64,000 nt of DNA from an uncultured Chloroflexia bacterium (GCA_963728205.1 CAVSIV010000001.1:608001-672000), one strand, 5' to 3'. Positions 46,236 to 56,549 are shown, numbered from the stretch's first letter. Numbers and translations: made by a program. The notes: generated by a model from the letters alone, not told the origin.

Positions 46236-46371
46236 CGGTGCCCTCCGCTCCAGTGATCGCGGCTCGTCGCGATCGCGCGACAGCATACGCAGCGTCGCAA
46301 CGGGCGCGGGGCCGAGGCGCGGGCGGCGGCCCCAGCGTGCGCGCTACACTTCCGCCGCAAGGAGGTCTCGT

Positions 46372-47640
46372 ATGCCCCCGTCGCTCTCCCTCCTCGTGCA
46401 GCGCCTCGTCCAGCCCGTCGCCATCCGCGTCATCCTGCTACGCGAGCGGCTGCGCACCGGCGTCGTCTTCAACCCGCTCGACGGCGCCTACCACCAGGAC
46501 CCGACGCCGGCCTACGCGCTGCTGCGCGAGCGCGACCCCGTCCACCGCAGCGACCTGATCAAGGGTTGGGTGCTCTCGCGCTACGAGGACATCGACGTGA
46601 TCCTGCGCGACCATCGCCGGTTCTCGAACGACGCGCGCAAGGCGTCGGGGAACACGATGGACGCGGCGGTGATGCAGCTGCAGGAACCGAGCATGCTGTT
46701 CCTCGACCCGCCCGACCACACGCGGCTGCGGTCGCTGGTCGCGCGCGCCTTCACGCGCAGCGCGATCGAGGCGTGGCGCGGTCGCGTCGAGGCGACGGTG
46801 GATCAGCTGCTCGACGAGATCGGCGACGCGCGCGAGTTCGACCTGATGGAGACGTTCGCGAACCGCCTGCCGACGCTCGTGATCGCGGAGATGCTCGGCG
46901 TGCCGGCGGTGGACTACGCGAAGTTTCGGGAGTGGTCGGACGCCGTGTCGCGGACGCTCGAGCCGACGATCACGCCGAAGCAGCTGGAGGAGGCGATCGC
47001 GACCGAGCAGGAGCTGCGCCGCTACTTCGACGGCATCGTCGAGGACCGCCGCCGCGAGCCCCGCGAGGACCTGGTGAGCGTGCTGGTCGCGGCCGAGGAG
47101 GGCGGCGAGAAGCTGACCCACGACGAGCTGCTCACGATGCTGATCCTGCTGCTCGTCGCCGGCAACGAGACGACGAGCAACCTCATCGGCAACGGCGCGC
47201 TCGCGCTGCTCCGCCACCCCGATCAGCTCGCGTGGCTGCGCGCGCACCCGGACGCGATCGACGCCTCGATCGAGGAGCTGCTGCGGTACGACGGCCCCGT
47301 GCAGACCGACGGCCGCACGGTGCTCGAGGACATGGAGATCGGCGGCAAGCCCGTGAAGGCGGGCGAGCAGGTCATCCTGCTGCTCGGCTCGGCGAACCGC
47401 GACCCTCGGCAGTACCCGGACCCCGACCGGCTCGACCTCTCGCGGGGCGACAAGAGCCACCTCGGGTTCGGCCGCGGGATCCACTCGTGCGTCGGCGCGC
47501 CGCTCGCGCGGCTCGAGGCGCAGGTCGCGTTCCAGCGCCTGTTCCAGCGCTTCCCCGACATGCGGCTGGCGGACGCGAAGCCCGAGTTCAAGGACCACAT
47601 CGTGCTGCGCGGGCTGCGACGCCTGCCGGTGCGGGTGTGA
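46372..47640 (+). CDS. Cytochrome P450
   Basis: DPPDHTRLR, AGNETT, EELLR, FGRGIHSCVG; AGGAGG before ATG at 46372. Confidence 0.96.
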   Translation: MPPSLSLLVQRLVQPVAIRVILLRERLRTGVVFNPLDGAYHQDPTPAYALLRERDPVHRSDLIKGWVLSRYEDIDVILRDHRRFSNDARKASGNTMDAAVMQLQEPSMLFLDPPDHTRLRSLVARAFTRSAIEAWRGRVEATVDQLLDEIGDAREFDLMETFANRLPTLVIAEMLGVPAVDYAKFREWSDAVSRTLEPTITPKQLEEAIATEQELRRYFDGIVEDRRREPREDLVSVLVAAEEGGEKLTHDELLTMLILLLVAGNETTSNLIGNGALALLRHPDQLAWLRAHPDAIDASIEELLRYDGPVQTDGRTVLEDMEIGGKPVKAGEQVILLLGSANRDPRQYPDPDRLDLSRGDKSHLGFGRGIHSCVGAPLARLEAQVAFQRLFQRFPDMRLADAKPEFKDHIVLRGLRRLPVRV

Positions 47641-47653
47641 CGGTCGCGCCGGC

Positions 47654-48958
47654 GTGAACTCACCGCTCCGCGCGCGCGGCCCACGGCGGGACCGCGTGGC
47701 CGCGCGGCTGCTTCGCTATCCGCGGGTGCTGCGGACCATCGTGTCCGGGCTGATGCTGAAGGAGCGGGTGCAGAGCGGCGTCGCGTACAACCCGCTCGAC
47801 CGCCGCTACCACCAGGATCCGTACCCCACCTATCGCCGGCTGCGCGACCGCGATCCCGTGCACCGCAGCGCCCTTGGGCCGATGTGGGTGCTCACGCGCT
47901 ACCGCGACGTCGACGCGGTCCTGCGCGACCACGGGCGCTACGCGAACAACCCGACCCTCGCGCGCGGCCAGATGACGCCGGGCGACCTGCAGGGCGTGCG
48001 CTACCCGAACCTGCTCGTGACGGACCCGCCGGATCACACCCGCCTGCGCACGCTCGTCGCCCCGGCGTTCACGCGCAGCGCGATCGAGGCGTGGCGGCCG
48101 CGCATCGAGCGTGCCGTCGACGAGCTGCTCGACGCCGCGGCGGCGGAGCCGGCGTTCGACCTCATGGAGGCGTTCGCGAACCCGCTGCCGGTCGTGGTGA
48201 TCGCGGAGATGCTGGGCGTGCCGCGCGAGGACTTCCGGCGGTTCAAGCGCTGGTCGGACGCGACCGCGCGGCTGATCGAGTTCACGGCGTCGCGCGAGGA
48301 TGCCGACCGCGCGTACACCGCGCGCGATGCGCTCCGCGGCTACCTCGACGGGATCGTCGAGGAGCGGGTGCGCGAGCCGCGCGAGGATCTGATCAGCGTG
48401 CTGGCCGCGGCGCAGGAGTCGGGCGACCGGCTCTCGCGCACGGAGCTGCTCTCGATGCTGACACTGCTGCTGATCGCGGGCAACGAGACGACGTCGAACC
48501 TGATCGGGAACGGGACGCTCGCGTTGCTGCGCGATCCGGAGCAGGCGGCGTGGCTGCGCGCGTACCCCGAGCGGGTGGACGACGCGGTCGAGGAGCTGGT
48601 GCGCTTCGACAGCCCGGTGCAGGCCGACCGGCGCGTCGCGAAGACGGATCTCGAGATCGACGGCCGGCGCGTGCGCCGGGGCGAGCAGGTCGTGCTGCTG
48701 CTGGGCGCGGCGAATCGCGACCCCGAGCAGTTCCCCGGCGCCGAGCGGCTGGACCTCGCGCGGGGCGACAAGAGCCACGTGGGGTTCGGGCGGGGGATCC
48801 ACCATTGTCTCGGCGCGCCCCTGGCACGGCTCGAGGCGCAGCTGGCATTCCCGCGGCTGCTCGAGCGCTTCCCGGCGTTGCGGCTCGCGGAGCAGGAGCC
48901 GCGGTTCAAGGATCACATCGTGCTGCGCGGGCTGGAGCGCCTGCCCGTGCGGCACTGA
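47654..48958 (+). CDS. Cytochrome P450 (tandem paralog)
   Basis: DPPDHTRLR, AGNETT, EELVR, FGRGIHHCLG. Confidence 0.96.
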   Translation: MNSPLRARGPRRDRVAARLLRYPRVLRTIVSGLMLKERVQSGVAYNPLDRRYHQDPYPTYRRLRDRDPVHRSALGPMWVLTRYRDVDAVLRDHGRYANNPTLARGQMTPGDLQGVRYPNLLVTDPPDHTRLRTLVAPAFTRSAIEAWRPRIERAVDELLDAAAAEPAFDLMEAFANPLPVVVIAEMLGVPREDFRRFKRWSDATARLIEFTASREDADRAYTARDALRGYLDGIVEERVREPREDLISVLAAAQESGDRLSRTELLSMLTLLLIAGNETTSNLIGNGTLALLRDPEQAAWLRAYPERVDDAVEELVRFDSPVQADRRVAKTDLEIDGRRVRRGEQVVLLLGAANRDPEQFPGAERLDLARGDKSHVGFGRGIHHCLGAPLARLEAQLAFPRLLERFPALRLAEQEPRFKDHIVLRGLERLPVRH

Positions 48959-48980
48959 CGGACGGGCGAGGAGGACGCCG

Positions 48981-49202
48981 ATGTGCCGCTCCATCAAGCA
49001 GCTGCGCCTGCGCGACGAGGTCGCGGGCGACGACGAGATCGAGGCCGCCGCGCGCCAGTTCGTGCGCAAGATCAGCGGCTACCGCACCCCTGCGTCCGCG
49101 AACGCGGAGGCGTTCGAGGCGGCCGTGCGTGAGATCGCCTCGACGTCGCGCGGCCTGCTGGCCGCGCTGGCGGCGAACCACCCGGCGGCGCGGGCGCGGT
49201 AG
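48981..49202 (+). CDS. DUF2277 family small protein
   Basis: MCRSIKQL...EIEAAARQFVRKISG...N.EAFEAAV. Confidence 0.85.
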   Translation: MCRSIKQLRLRDEVAGDDEIEAAARQFVRKISGYRTPASANAEAFEAAVREIASTSRGLLAALAANHPAARAR

Positions 49203-49226
49203 GTGTCTGGCCCCCGGGGGCCGCGG

Positions 49227-49251
49227 CAAGCGGCGGCAGACACGCCGCCGA
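49227..49251 (+). repeat. REP-like palindromic unit, single copy
   Basis: CAAGCGGCGGCAGACACGCCGCCGA, 24 nt after the DUF2277 stop. Confidence 0.7.
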
Positions 49252-49306
49252 TGTCGGCCGCCGCGGCAGCGGCTGCATCGCCGCGGGGATCCGCGAGCGC
49301 CGACCT

Positions 49307-49801
49307 GTGAGCACCGAGGTGGTCGCCCTCGGCGCCTGGTGCGATCTGGACTTTCCGGACGAGCGCGTGGCCGCCGCCGGCCGGATGCCCCAGGGGCACC
49401 GGCCGGCCGGCTGGGCGCCCGCTCCGCTCGGAGCGCGAGGTGCCTCCCCGGGTGGTGCCCACTTCCGCGTGCACGAGTTCGCGGTGCTGGCCGACGGCCG
49501 TCGGGTGACCATCCGCGACGACCTCGGCTTCTCGTCGTACCGCGCCTCGGGAGTCACACGGAGCGTGGACCCGTGGGAGGGCATGACGCGGGAGCGGGTG
49601 GCGCACGACGTTCGCAACGTTGTGCTCCCCGATGACGACGAGTCCGGCGATGCGCACCCGTACGAGTGGTTGCGTGAGCTGCTGCGGCGGCAAGGGATCG
49701 AGACGTCCGCGGAGCGGCTCCAATCGGTGCCGTACAGCGTCGAGTTCAGCGACCGGCTTGAGCGCCGCCTCCGGGGTGAGCGCCCGTCCCACGGGCGGTA
49801 G
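49307..49801 (+). CDS. Hypothetical protein
   Basis: 164-aa ORF with globular composition (EFAVLADGRRV...VVLPDDD...HPYEWL...VPYSVEFS). Confidence 0.7.
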   Translation: MSTEVVALGAWCDLDFPDERVAAAGRMPQGHRPAGWAPAPLGARGASPGGAHFRVHEFAVLADGRRVTIRDDLGFSSYRASGVTRSVDPWEGMTRERVAHDVRNVVLPDDDESGDAHPYEWLRELLRRQGIETSAERLQSVPYSVEFSDRLERRLRGERPSHGR

Positions 49802-49979
49802 GTCGGACCCCGCGTTCGGCGGTGGGCCACCTGGGCATGCGAGCCGGCTCGGCGGTCGGCGGGCTTCCTCGTCGCCGTGGCTGGTGCCGCCGTTCGGGTC
49901 GCGGACCTCGCACTGGTGACGAGAGGCGGTCGCCACGCACGGCCCGACATCGCACGGGCCGATGGGGGGAGGCGCCGCC

Positions 49980-51182
49980 TCACGGGATCACGCCGCCGTC
50001 CTTGAGCGCGATGATGCGGTCCCAGTCGTAGCCGAGGTCGAGCAGCACCTCCTCCGTGTGCTGCCCGAGTTCCGGCGCGCCGGACCGCACGGACCACGGC
50101 GTGCCCTGGAAGTCGCTGGGCGTGGCCACCATCTTCGCGGGGGGCTCGCCCTCGGCCCCCGGCACGTCGACCCACGCGCCGGCCCTCGCCGCGATCGGGT
50201 CCGCCGTGAGCTCCTCGAGCGTCTGCACCGGCGCCCACCACACGTTGTGCGCGTCGAACACCGGCCCCCACTCGCCGAGCGAGCGCGCGCCGAGCACCTC
50301 GTCGATCAGGGCCACGAGGTCCGCCGCGTTCACCGCTCGCAGCATGAGGCTCACGAATCGCGGGTCCTGCATCCACTCCTCGTGGTCGATCGCGCGGCAG
50401 AAGTCCGGCCAGTGGCGGTCGCCCTCGAGCATCAGCAGCCAGATCCAGCGGCCGCCCTTCACGCGGTAGCAGTTGATGAGCGGGTTGATGAAGTTGCCGC
50501 GCTGCTGCGGCTGGGGCGCGACGCCGGTGCGCAGCGCCGTGTTCAGGTCCCAGCCCAGCTGGTAGACGGCCGAGCGGATGAGCGACGTCGTGACGAACTG
50601 GCCTTCGCCGGTGCGCTCGCGCGCGTAGAGCGCCGCGCAGATCGCGCCGGCGGCGTTCGCACCGGTGAGGTGGTCGCCCATCCCGCCGCGCTGCATCGGC
50701 AGCTCGTCGGTGCTGGAGCGCAGGATCGACGCCACGCCGCCGCGCGCCCAGTACGCGCCGACATCGAACGCCGCGCGGTTCGCGTCCTCGTGCCCCAGCC
50801 CGTAGGCCGACACGTGCGCATAGACGAGACGCGGGTTCGCCGCGCGGAGGCTGTCGTAGTCGAGCCCGAGGCGCTGCACGCCGCCGGGCCGGGTGTTCGT
50901 GACGAAGACGTCGGCGCGCGCCACGAGCGCGTGCGCGATCTCGCGACCGGCGTCGGACGCGAGGTCGACGGCGAGGCTGCGCTTCCCGCGGTTGTCGAGC
51001 TCGAACGGCGGCGGCATCGCCCCGACCCCGAACATCGCGCCGAGGCCGCGGAACGGGTCGCCCGTCAGCGGCTCGACCTTCACGACGTCGGCTCCCCAGT
51101 CGGCGAGGATCCCGGCAGCCGACGGCCCCGCGACCCACACGCCGAGCTCGACGACCTGCACCCCTGCGAGCGGTCCGCTCAT
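49980..51182 (-). CDS. CaiB/BaiF family III CoA transferase
   Basis: GPLAGVQVVEL, VAGP, LADWGADVVKVE, NRGKRS, GD (catalytic Asp region), APELGQHT; ATG at 51182. Confidence 0.95.
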   Translation of the reverse strand: MSGPLAGVQVVELGVWVAGPSAAGILADWGADVVKVEPLTGDPFRGLGAMFGVGAMPPPFELDNRGKRSLAVDLASDAGREIAHALVARADVFVTNTRPGGVQRLGLDYDSLRAANPRLVYAHVSAYGLGHEDANRAAFDVGAYWARGGVASILRSSTDELPMQRGGMGDHLTGANAAGAICAALYARERTGEGQFVTTSLIRSAVYQLGWDLNTALRTGVAPQPQQRGNFINPLINCYRVKGGRWIWLLMLEGDRHWPDFCRAIDHEEWMQDPRFVSLMLRAVNAADLVALIDEVLGARSLGEWGPVFDAHNVWWAPVQTLEELTADPIAARAGAWVDVPGAEGEPPAKMVATPSDFQGTPWSVRSGAPELGQHTEEVLLDLGYDWDRIIALKDGGVIP

Positions 51183-51183
51183 C

Positions 51184-51591
51184 TCACGCGCCCGTCTCCA
51201 GGAACTCCACCCAGTTGCCGTCCGGGTCCTCGACCATCGCGATGCGCACGCCCGGCCGAATCTCGCGCGGCTCGATCGTGACGGCGTAGCCGGCAGCACG
51301 CACCTCCTCGACCAGCGCGTCGAGGTTGCTCACGGAGATCGTCCAGTAGCGGTAGCCGGTCGCGGCCTGGATGCCGCCGGTGGCCGCCTGCGCCGGCGGC
51401 TGCTGCGCGGGGACGACGACCTTGATCAGGCTCGTGCCGCAGAGCAGCCGGTGCATCACGCCGCCGGCGCCGGCGGGCATCTGGCCCTGGTACTGGAAGC
51501 CGAGCGTGTCGCGGTAGAAGCGCAGCGCGGCTTCGCCGTCCTGCACGACGATCCCGAGGTCGATCGAGTCCTTGGTCAGTGCGATGGGCAT
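51184..51591 (-). CDS. VOC/glyoxalase family protein
   Basis: LGIVVQD...FYRDTLG...EDPDGNWVEF. Confidence 0.92.
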   Translation of the reverse strand: MPIALTKDSIDLGIVVQDGEAALRFYRDTLGFQYQGQMPAGAGGVMHRLLCGTSLIKVVVPAQQPPAQAATGGIQAATGYRYWTISVSNLDALVEEVRAAGYAVTIEPREIRPGVRIAMVEDPDGNWVEFLETGA

Positions 51592-51711
51592 GGGACGGCT
51601 GCCTTTCGTTGGTCCGCGCGGCGGGTGGCCGCGCGGGCTGGCTGGTTCTCGGGGCGGCTCAGCCCGCTCACGCGGGGGCCGCTCGCCCCGTGGCTGGGTC
51701 GTGGGGCGAGC

Positions 51712-53748
51712 TCAGCCCGCTGAAGCGGGGCCGTTCGCCGCGGAGGCGCTCGCCTCGGAGACGCCGGCGCTCAGCCCAATCTCGCGGAGGAACGCGTCGT
51801 TGCGCGGCTCGCGGCCGAGGAACTCGCGGATCAGGTCCGCGGCATCCCGAGTGCCGCCCCTCTCGAGGATCACGCGGCGGTAGTCGGCGCCGACGGCGGT
51901 GCGGTCCGGCTCGCCCTCGAAGCGCGTGAACATGTCGTCGCCGAACACCTGCGACCACAGGTAGCCGTAGTAGCCGGCGTCATACCCGAAGAGGTGGCCG
52001 AAGCCGCACTGGAAGTGCGTGCCGGCCGGGAAGGGGAACGCGGTGATCGGGTGCAGCTCCTCGGCGATCGCGTCCGTGTCCTTGTCGCGGCCCGCGTCGT
52101 GGTACGCGAGGTCGAGCCGCGCGAAGTACAGCTGCCGCAGGTAGAACAGCCCGCTCGCGACGTTCTTCGCTGCGATCATGCGGTCGAGCAGGTCGGCGGG
52201 CAGCGGCTCGCCGGTGTCGACGTGGCGCGTGAAGCCCGCGAGCACGTCGCGGTCCCACACCCAGTGCTCGAGCATCTGCGACGGCGCCTCGACGAAGTCG
52301 CGCTCGACGTGCGTGCCGGCGAAGCGGGCGTACCGCGAGCGCGTCATCGTCTGGTGCAGGATGTGCCCGAACTCGTGGAAGAGCGTCTCCACCTCGGAGT
52401 GGCGCAGCAGCGACGGCGACTCCGCGGTCGGCTTCGTGAAGTTCGCGACGATGGCGCTGGCCGGGGCCTGGTACGCGCCGTCCGGCAGGCGGCGGCCGAG
52501 CAGCAGGTTCCACGCCGCGGCGTGGCCGTACTTGTCCGGCCGCGGATGCAGGTCCATGTAGAAGTGCGAGATGTGCGAACCGTCGGCGGCGTCCTCGATG
52601 GCGTAGAGGCGCACGTCGGGGTGCCACGCCCTCGCCTCCGGCACGCGGACGAAGCGCACGCCGACGAGGCTCTGGTAGACGTCGAACAGCCCGTCGAGCA
52701 CGGCGTCCAGCGGGAAGTACTCGGCGACGGCGAAGGCGTCGACCTCGAACCGCTCCTTCAGCACGCGCTGCTGGTAGTAGCGCCAGTCCCAGATCTCGAC
52801 GCGCGTCTCGGCCGGGGGCGTGCGGCGGTGGCGCGCCTTCGACTCGGCCAGCTCGACCATGTCGATGTCGGCCTTCTCGCGCACGCGCCGCTCGAGGTCG
52901 ACGAGGAAGTCGGTCGCGGCGCGCGGCTCCTTCGCCATGCGGACCTCGAGCTGGTAGGCGGCCCACGACGGGTAGCCGAGCGTCGTGGCGATCTCGTCGC
53001 GGACGGCGATCGCCTCGGTGAGGATTGGGAGGTTGGCCTCCGCCGCCTTGTTGTGGTTCTTGAGGAAGAGCTCGCGGCGCAGCTCCTCGCTCTCGGCGGC
53101 CTCCATGAACGGGTAGAACTCGGGGTAGTCGAGCGAGACGCGGAAGCGCGGGCCGTCCGGGGTGTCGACCGTCTGCAGGCGGTCGACATAACTCTGCGGC
53201 AGCCCGGCCAGGCCGTCGCGCTCGACGAGGATCGCGTCCTGGAACTCGTCGACATTGCGGCGGAAGTCGACGCCGAGCGCGACCAGCCGCTCTTTCAGCG
53301 CCTGCACTCGCGCCCGCCGGTCGGCGTCGAGGTCGAAGCCGTTGCGGCGGTAGTCGCGCAGCTCGAATTCGAGCAGGCGCGCGGTGTCCGGGTCGAGCCC
53401 GGCGGCGGCCGGGGAGTCGGCGAAGGCGCGCAGCGCGCGGTAGACGTCTTCGCGGAAGCCGATGGTCGTCGCGTAGGTGTCGAGCTCCTGCTCCGCGGCG
53501 AGGCCGGCGGCGCGCACGTCGGCATCCGCGGCGACGTAGGCGAGGAAGCCGTAGCGGCCGCTGGCGGTGGCGAGCACGTCGAGGACGCGGTCGAGCGGCA
53601 GCAGGGTGTTGTCGGCGGTGCGGTCGGCGTCGGGGACGGCGACGACGGCGTCGAGCATCGCGTCGGAGCGGCGCATCGCGTCCGCCGCGCCCGCGCGCAG
53701 GGAGTCCGGGGTGACGGTGGGGTAGTCGAACGGTGCAGGTGCTGGCAT
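51712..53748 (-). CDS. M3 family metallopeptidase (thimet oligopeptidase-like)
   Basis: FHEFGH zinc motif, DFVEAPSQMLE, YDAGYYGYLWS, FLGR; ATG at 53748. Confidence 0.96.
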   Translation of the reverse strand: MPAPAPFDYPTVTPDSLRAGAADAMRRSDAMLDAVVAVPDADRTADNTLLPLDRVLDVLATASGRYGFLAYVAADADVRAAGLAAEQELDTYATTIGFREDVYRALRAFADSPAAAGLDPDTARLLEFELRDYRRNGFDLDADRRARVQALKERLVALGVDFRRNVDEFQDAILVERDGLAGLPQSYVDRLQTVDTPDGPRFRVSLDYPEFYPFMEAAESEELRRELFLKNHNKAAEANLPILTEAIAVRDEIATTLGYPSWAAYQLEVRMAKEPRAATDFLVDLERRVREKADIDMVELAESKARHRRTPPAETRVEIWDWRYYQQRVLKERFEVDAFAVAEYFPLDAVLDGLFDVYQSLVGVRFVRVPEARAWHPDVRLYAIEDAADGSHISHFYMDLHPRPDKYGHAAAWNLLLGRRLPDGAYQAPASAIVANFTKPTAESPSLLRHSEVETLFHEFGHILHQTMTRSRYARFAGTHVERDFVEAPSQMLEHWVWDRDVLAGFTRHVDTGEPLPADLLDRMIAAKNVASGLFYLRQLYFARLDLAYHDAGRDKDTDAIAEELHPITAFPFPAGTHFQCGFGHLFGYDAGYYGYLWSQVFGDDMFTRFEGEPDRTAVGADYRRVILERGGTRDAADLIREFLGREPRNDAFLREIGLSAGVSEASASAANGPASAG

Positions 53749-53923
53749 GCGCGCGATGATACCCGCGGCCCCCGGGGCGTGCGTCGAGCGGCGAGGGACC
53801 TGGTGCGAGCGGCGCGTGGCGAACGCGCTGAGCGCCGGCAGCGGCCCGCTGCGACCGGTCTCAGCGCCGTGACCCGGCGCCGCTCGAAGCACGCTTTACA
53901 CTCGCATGAAGGGGGGACCCGCC

Positions 53924-55210
53924 ATGACCACGCGCACGCACCCGTTCACGCCGGCGATGAAGGAGTGCCCGTACCGGACCTACGACGAGTGGCGTGAGCA
54001 GGCGCCGCTGGTTTGGAGCCCCGAGATCAACGCCTGGCTCGTCACGCGCTATGACGAGGCGAAGGCGGTCCTCGACGACGCTGCGACGTTCTCGTCGACG
54101 AACAGCGTCTTCGGCGGCCCCGAGCTCGCGCACCCCGAGTTTCCCTCGATGATCAACCGCGACGAGCCGGACCACAGAGCGCTACGGGCCATCGTCTCCA
54201 AGGCGTTCACGCCGCGCACCATCGATGAGGCCTGGCAGCCGCGCATCCGCGAGGTGGCGACGGAGTTGATCGACGCCGCGGTGGCGCGCGGCGACGGGCG
54301 CTTCGACATCGTGCGCGACCTCGCCTACCCGCTGCCCGTGCGAATCATCGCCGAGATCATCGGCATCCCGCCCGAGCGCTTTGCGCAGCTCAAGGCGTGG
54401 TCGAACGAGATCGTCGCCGGCATCGGCCGGGTGCCGGAGCACGGCTACGAGTCGATGCAGCAGGCCGCGGCCGCGGCCGAGCAGGCGATGCGCGAGCGCG
54501 AGCAGGCGCTGGGCCAGGGCGAGGGCGCGGACGAGGCCGAAGAGCAGGGTCCGATGTTCGCGTTCTTCATGGAGCAGATCGCGGACCGGCGCGCGCACCC
54601 GCGCGACGACCTGGTGACGCGGCTCGTGCGGGCGGAGGTCGACGGCCGCCACCTCGACGACGGCGAGCTGATCGCATTTCTCGTGCTGCTGCTCGTGGCC
54701 GGCAACGAGACGACGACGAACCTGATGAACCACGCCGTCCGCGCGATGGCCATCTACCCGGACGAGCAGCAGCGGCTGCGCGACCACCCGGATCAGATGG
54801 GCGCGTTCCTCGAGGAGACGCTGCGCTGGGAGGCGCCGATCCAGGGCTTCTACCGCCGCGCCCGGCGCGACGCCGACGTGGGAGGCGTCGCGGTGAAGGC
54901 CGGCGACGCGCTGCTCGTCCTCTACGGCGCCGCGAACCGCGACCCGCGGAAGTACGAGTGCCCCGCAGATCACGACACCGAGCGCTTCGCCGGGACGAGC
55001 GGCACGCGCGACCACCTCGCGTTCGGCTGGGGCATCCACTACTGCCTCGGCGCGAACCTCGCGCGCATCGAGGCGGGCATCGCGATGGACCTCGTGCTCG
55101 ACCGCTTCTCGCGGATCACACCCGTCGAGGGCTTCGAGACGCAGTGGTTCGACACGCCGTTCTTCCGCGGCCCCACGAGCTACGTGGTGAACGTGGCGTA
55201 CCGCCGCTAG
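53924..55210 (+). CDS. Cytochrome P450
   Basis: AGNETT, EETLR, FGWGIHYCLG; ATG at 53924. Confidence 0.95.
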   Translation: MTTRTHPFTPAMKECPYRTYDEWREQAPLVWSPEINAWLVTRYDEAKAVLDDAATFSSTNSVFGGPELAHPEFPSMINRDEPDHRALRAIVSKAFTPRTIDEAWQPRIREVATELIDAAVARGDGRFDIVRDLAYPLPVRIIAEIIGIPPERFAQLKAWSNEIVAGIGRVPEHGYESMQQAAAAAEQAMREREQALGQGEGADEAEEQGPMFAFFMEQIADRRAHPRDDLVTRLVRAEVDGRHLDDGELIAFLVLLLVAGNETTTNLMNHAVRAMAIYPDEQQRLRDHPDQMGAFLEETLRWEAPIQGFYRRARRDADVGGVAVKAGDALLVLYGAANRDPRKYECPADHDTERFAGTSGTRDHLAFGWGIHYCLGANLARIEAGIAMDLVLDRFSRITPVEGFETQWFDTPFFRGPTSYVVNVAYRR

Positions 55211-55302
55211 CCGGGACGCGTGGGGGTGGGCGCGCCGACCGGCGCGTTCACCGCGCGCCGCTCAAAGCGCACCGGGGGTGGCGGTGGCGGGGTCCTCGAG
55301 CG

Positions 55303-55791
55303 CTAGCGCCGGATCTCGATGCCACCCAGCAACGCGACTGCGCGGATCTCGAGTACCGGCGCGTCCTCCGGGAGGACGTCGTCCGCGGTGCGGTCGTCGA
55401 TCCCGCCGAGTGCGCCGCGCGCGCGGAGGGCGACGCGCCAGCCGGCCGGCACGCGCACGTCGACCCCGCCCATCACGGCGCGGGCGCGAAGCGTCGCGCC
55501 GCCGGGCGCGATCGAGGCGCTGCGCAGGTCGAGCCGCGTGCCGCCCATGACGGTCAGCACGGAGCCGCCGCGGAACGCCCGCGCGCGGCTCACCAGCGCC
55601 GTGGAGGTCATGATCGCATTGAGGGCGATCGCGTCGCTCGCCTCGTCGCCCTGCGACGGGAAGAGGCGTCGCGCCGCGACGCCCGCGAGCGCCATCCCGA
55701 CCTGCAGGGCGACCGCGGCGATCGCGACGCGCCTCAGCGTGCGCTTGAGCGCGCGCCCCCGCGCGCGGCTGCCGGGCAACACGCCGTCCAC
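55303..55791 (-). CDS. LiaF C-terminal-like (DUF2154-type) membrane-anchored protein
   Basis: One TM helix then MGGTRLDLR...MGGVDVRVP...LGGI repeats; start uncertain. Confidence 0.72.
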   Translation of the reverse strand: MDGVLPGSRARGRALKRTLRRVAIAAVALQVGMALAGVAARRLFPSQGDEASDAIALNAIMTSTALVSRARAFRGGSVLTVMGGTRLDLRSASIAPGGATLRARAVMGGVDVRVPAGWRVALRARGALGGIDDRTADDVLPEDAPVLEIRAVALLGGIEIRR

Positions 55792-55796
55792 CGCGG

Positions 55797-56417
55797 TCAG
55801 CTCGTGCGCAGGCTGTCGAGGAAGTGGTCGACGAGCGCCCCCACCTCGATGCGCGCTGCCGGGATGTCGGCGGCAAAGGCGATCAGGTGCGAGGCCTCGC
55901 TGATCACGCCGAGCATGAGCTGAGACATGTAGTCGACCGACGCCTGGGCGGCGAGGAGCCCCTCCTCCTGCGCGCGCAGGAGGCCGCTGCGGATCAGGCC
56001 GAGCGCGTACTCCGCGTCGATCTCGCGCCAGCGCTCCCAACCGAGCACCGACGGCGCGTCAATCAGGACGATGCGCTGGACCGTCGGCTCCATCGAGTGG
56101 TCGAGGTACTCGTGGTAGCCGGCGCGCATGCGCTCCCAGAGGTCGGCCTCAACGCGGGTCGCGTCGATGATGCGGTCGCGCAGCTCGTCCTGGAGGTCGC
56201 GATAGACGGCCTCGAAGAGGTCCTGCTTGTCGCGGAAGTGGTGGTAGAGCGCACCGCGCGTGACGCCCGCCGCCTGCACGATTTCCTCGGTCGGTGTGCT
56301 CGCGTATCCGCGCTCGGAGAACAGCGCGCGGGCGACGCCAATCAGCGCCCCGCGCGTGCGGTCCGACTGCTCGCTCTTGCGATTGCGCACGACTTCGGGA
56401 GCATGGGGCTGGGTCAT
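55797..56417 (-). CDS. TetR/AcrR family transcriptional regulator
   Basis: LFSERGY...AGVTRGALYHHFRDK; ATG at 56417. Confidence 0.95.
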   Translation of the reverse strand: MTQPHAPEVVRNRKSEQSDRTRGALIGVARALFSERGYASTPTEEIVQAAGVTRGALYHHFRDKQDLFEAVYRDLQDELRDRIIDATRVEADLWERMRAGYHEYLDHSMEPTVQRIVLIDAPSVLGWERWREIDAEYALGLIRSGLLRAQEEGLLAAQASVDYMSQLMLGVISEASHLIAFAADIPAARIEVGALVDHFLDSLRTS

Positions 56418-56549
56418 GGGCCTACCAATCCGTCCGGGCGCGGACACCTGCCCGGGGATCGGTGCAGGCGGGCGGAAGAGCGATTATGGCACGCGGTGCG
56501 CCCGGCCGGGCCTGACGACTGTGATATGTGCACGCTTCGGCGTGCCCGC

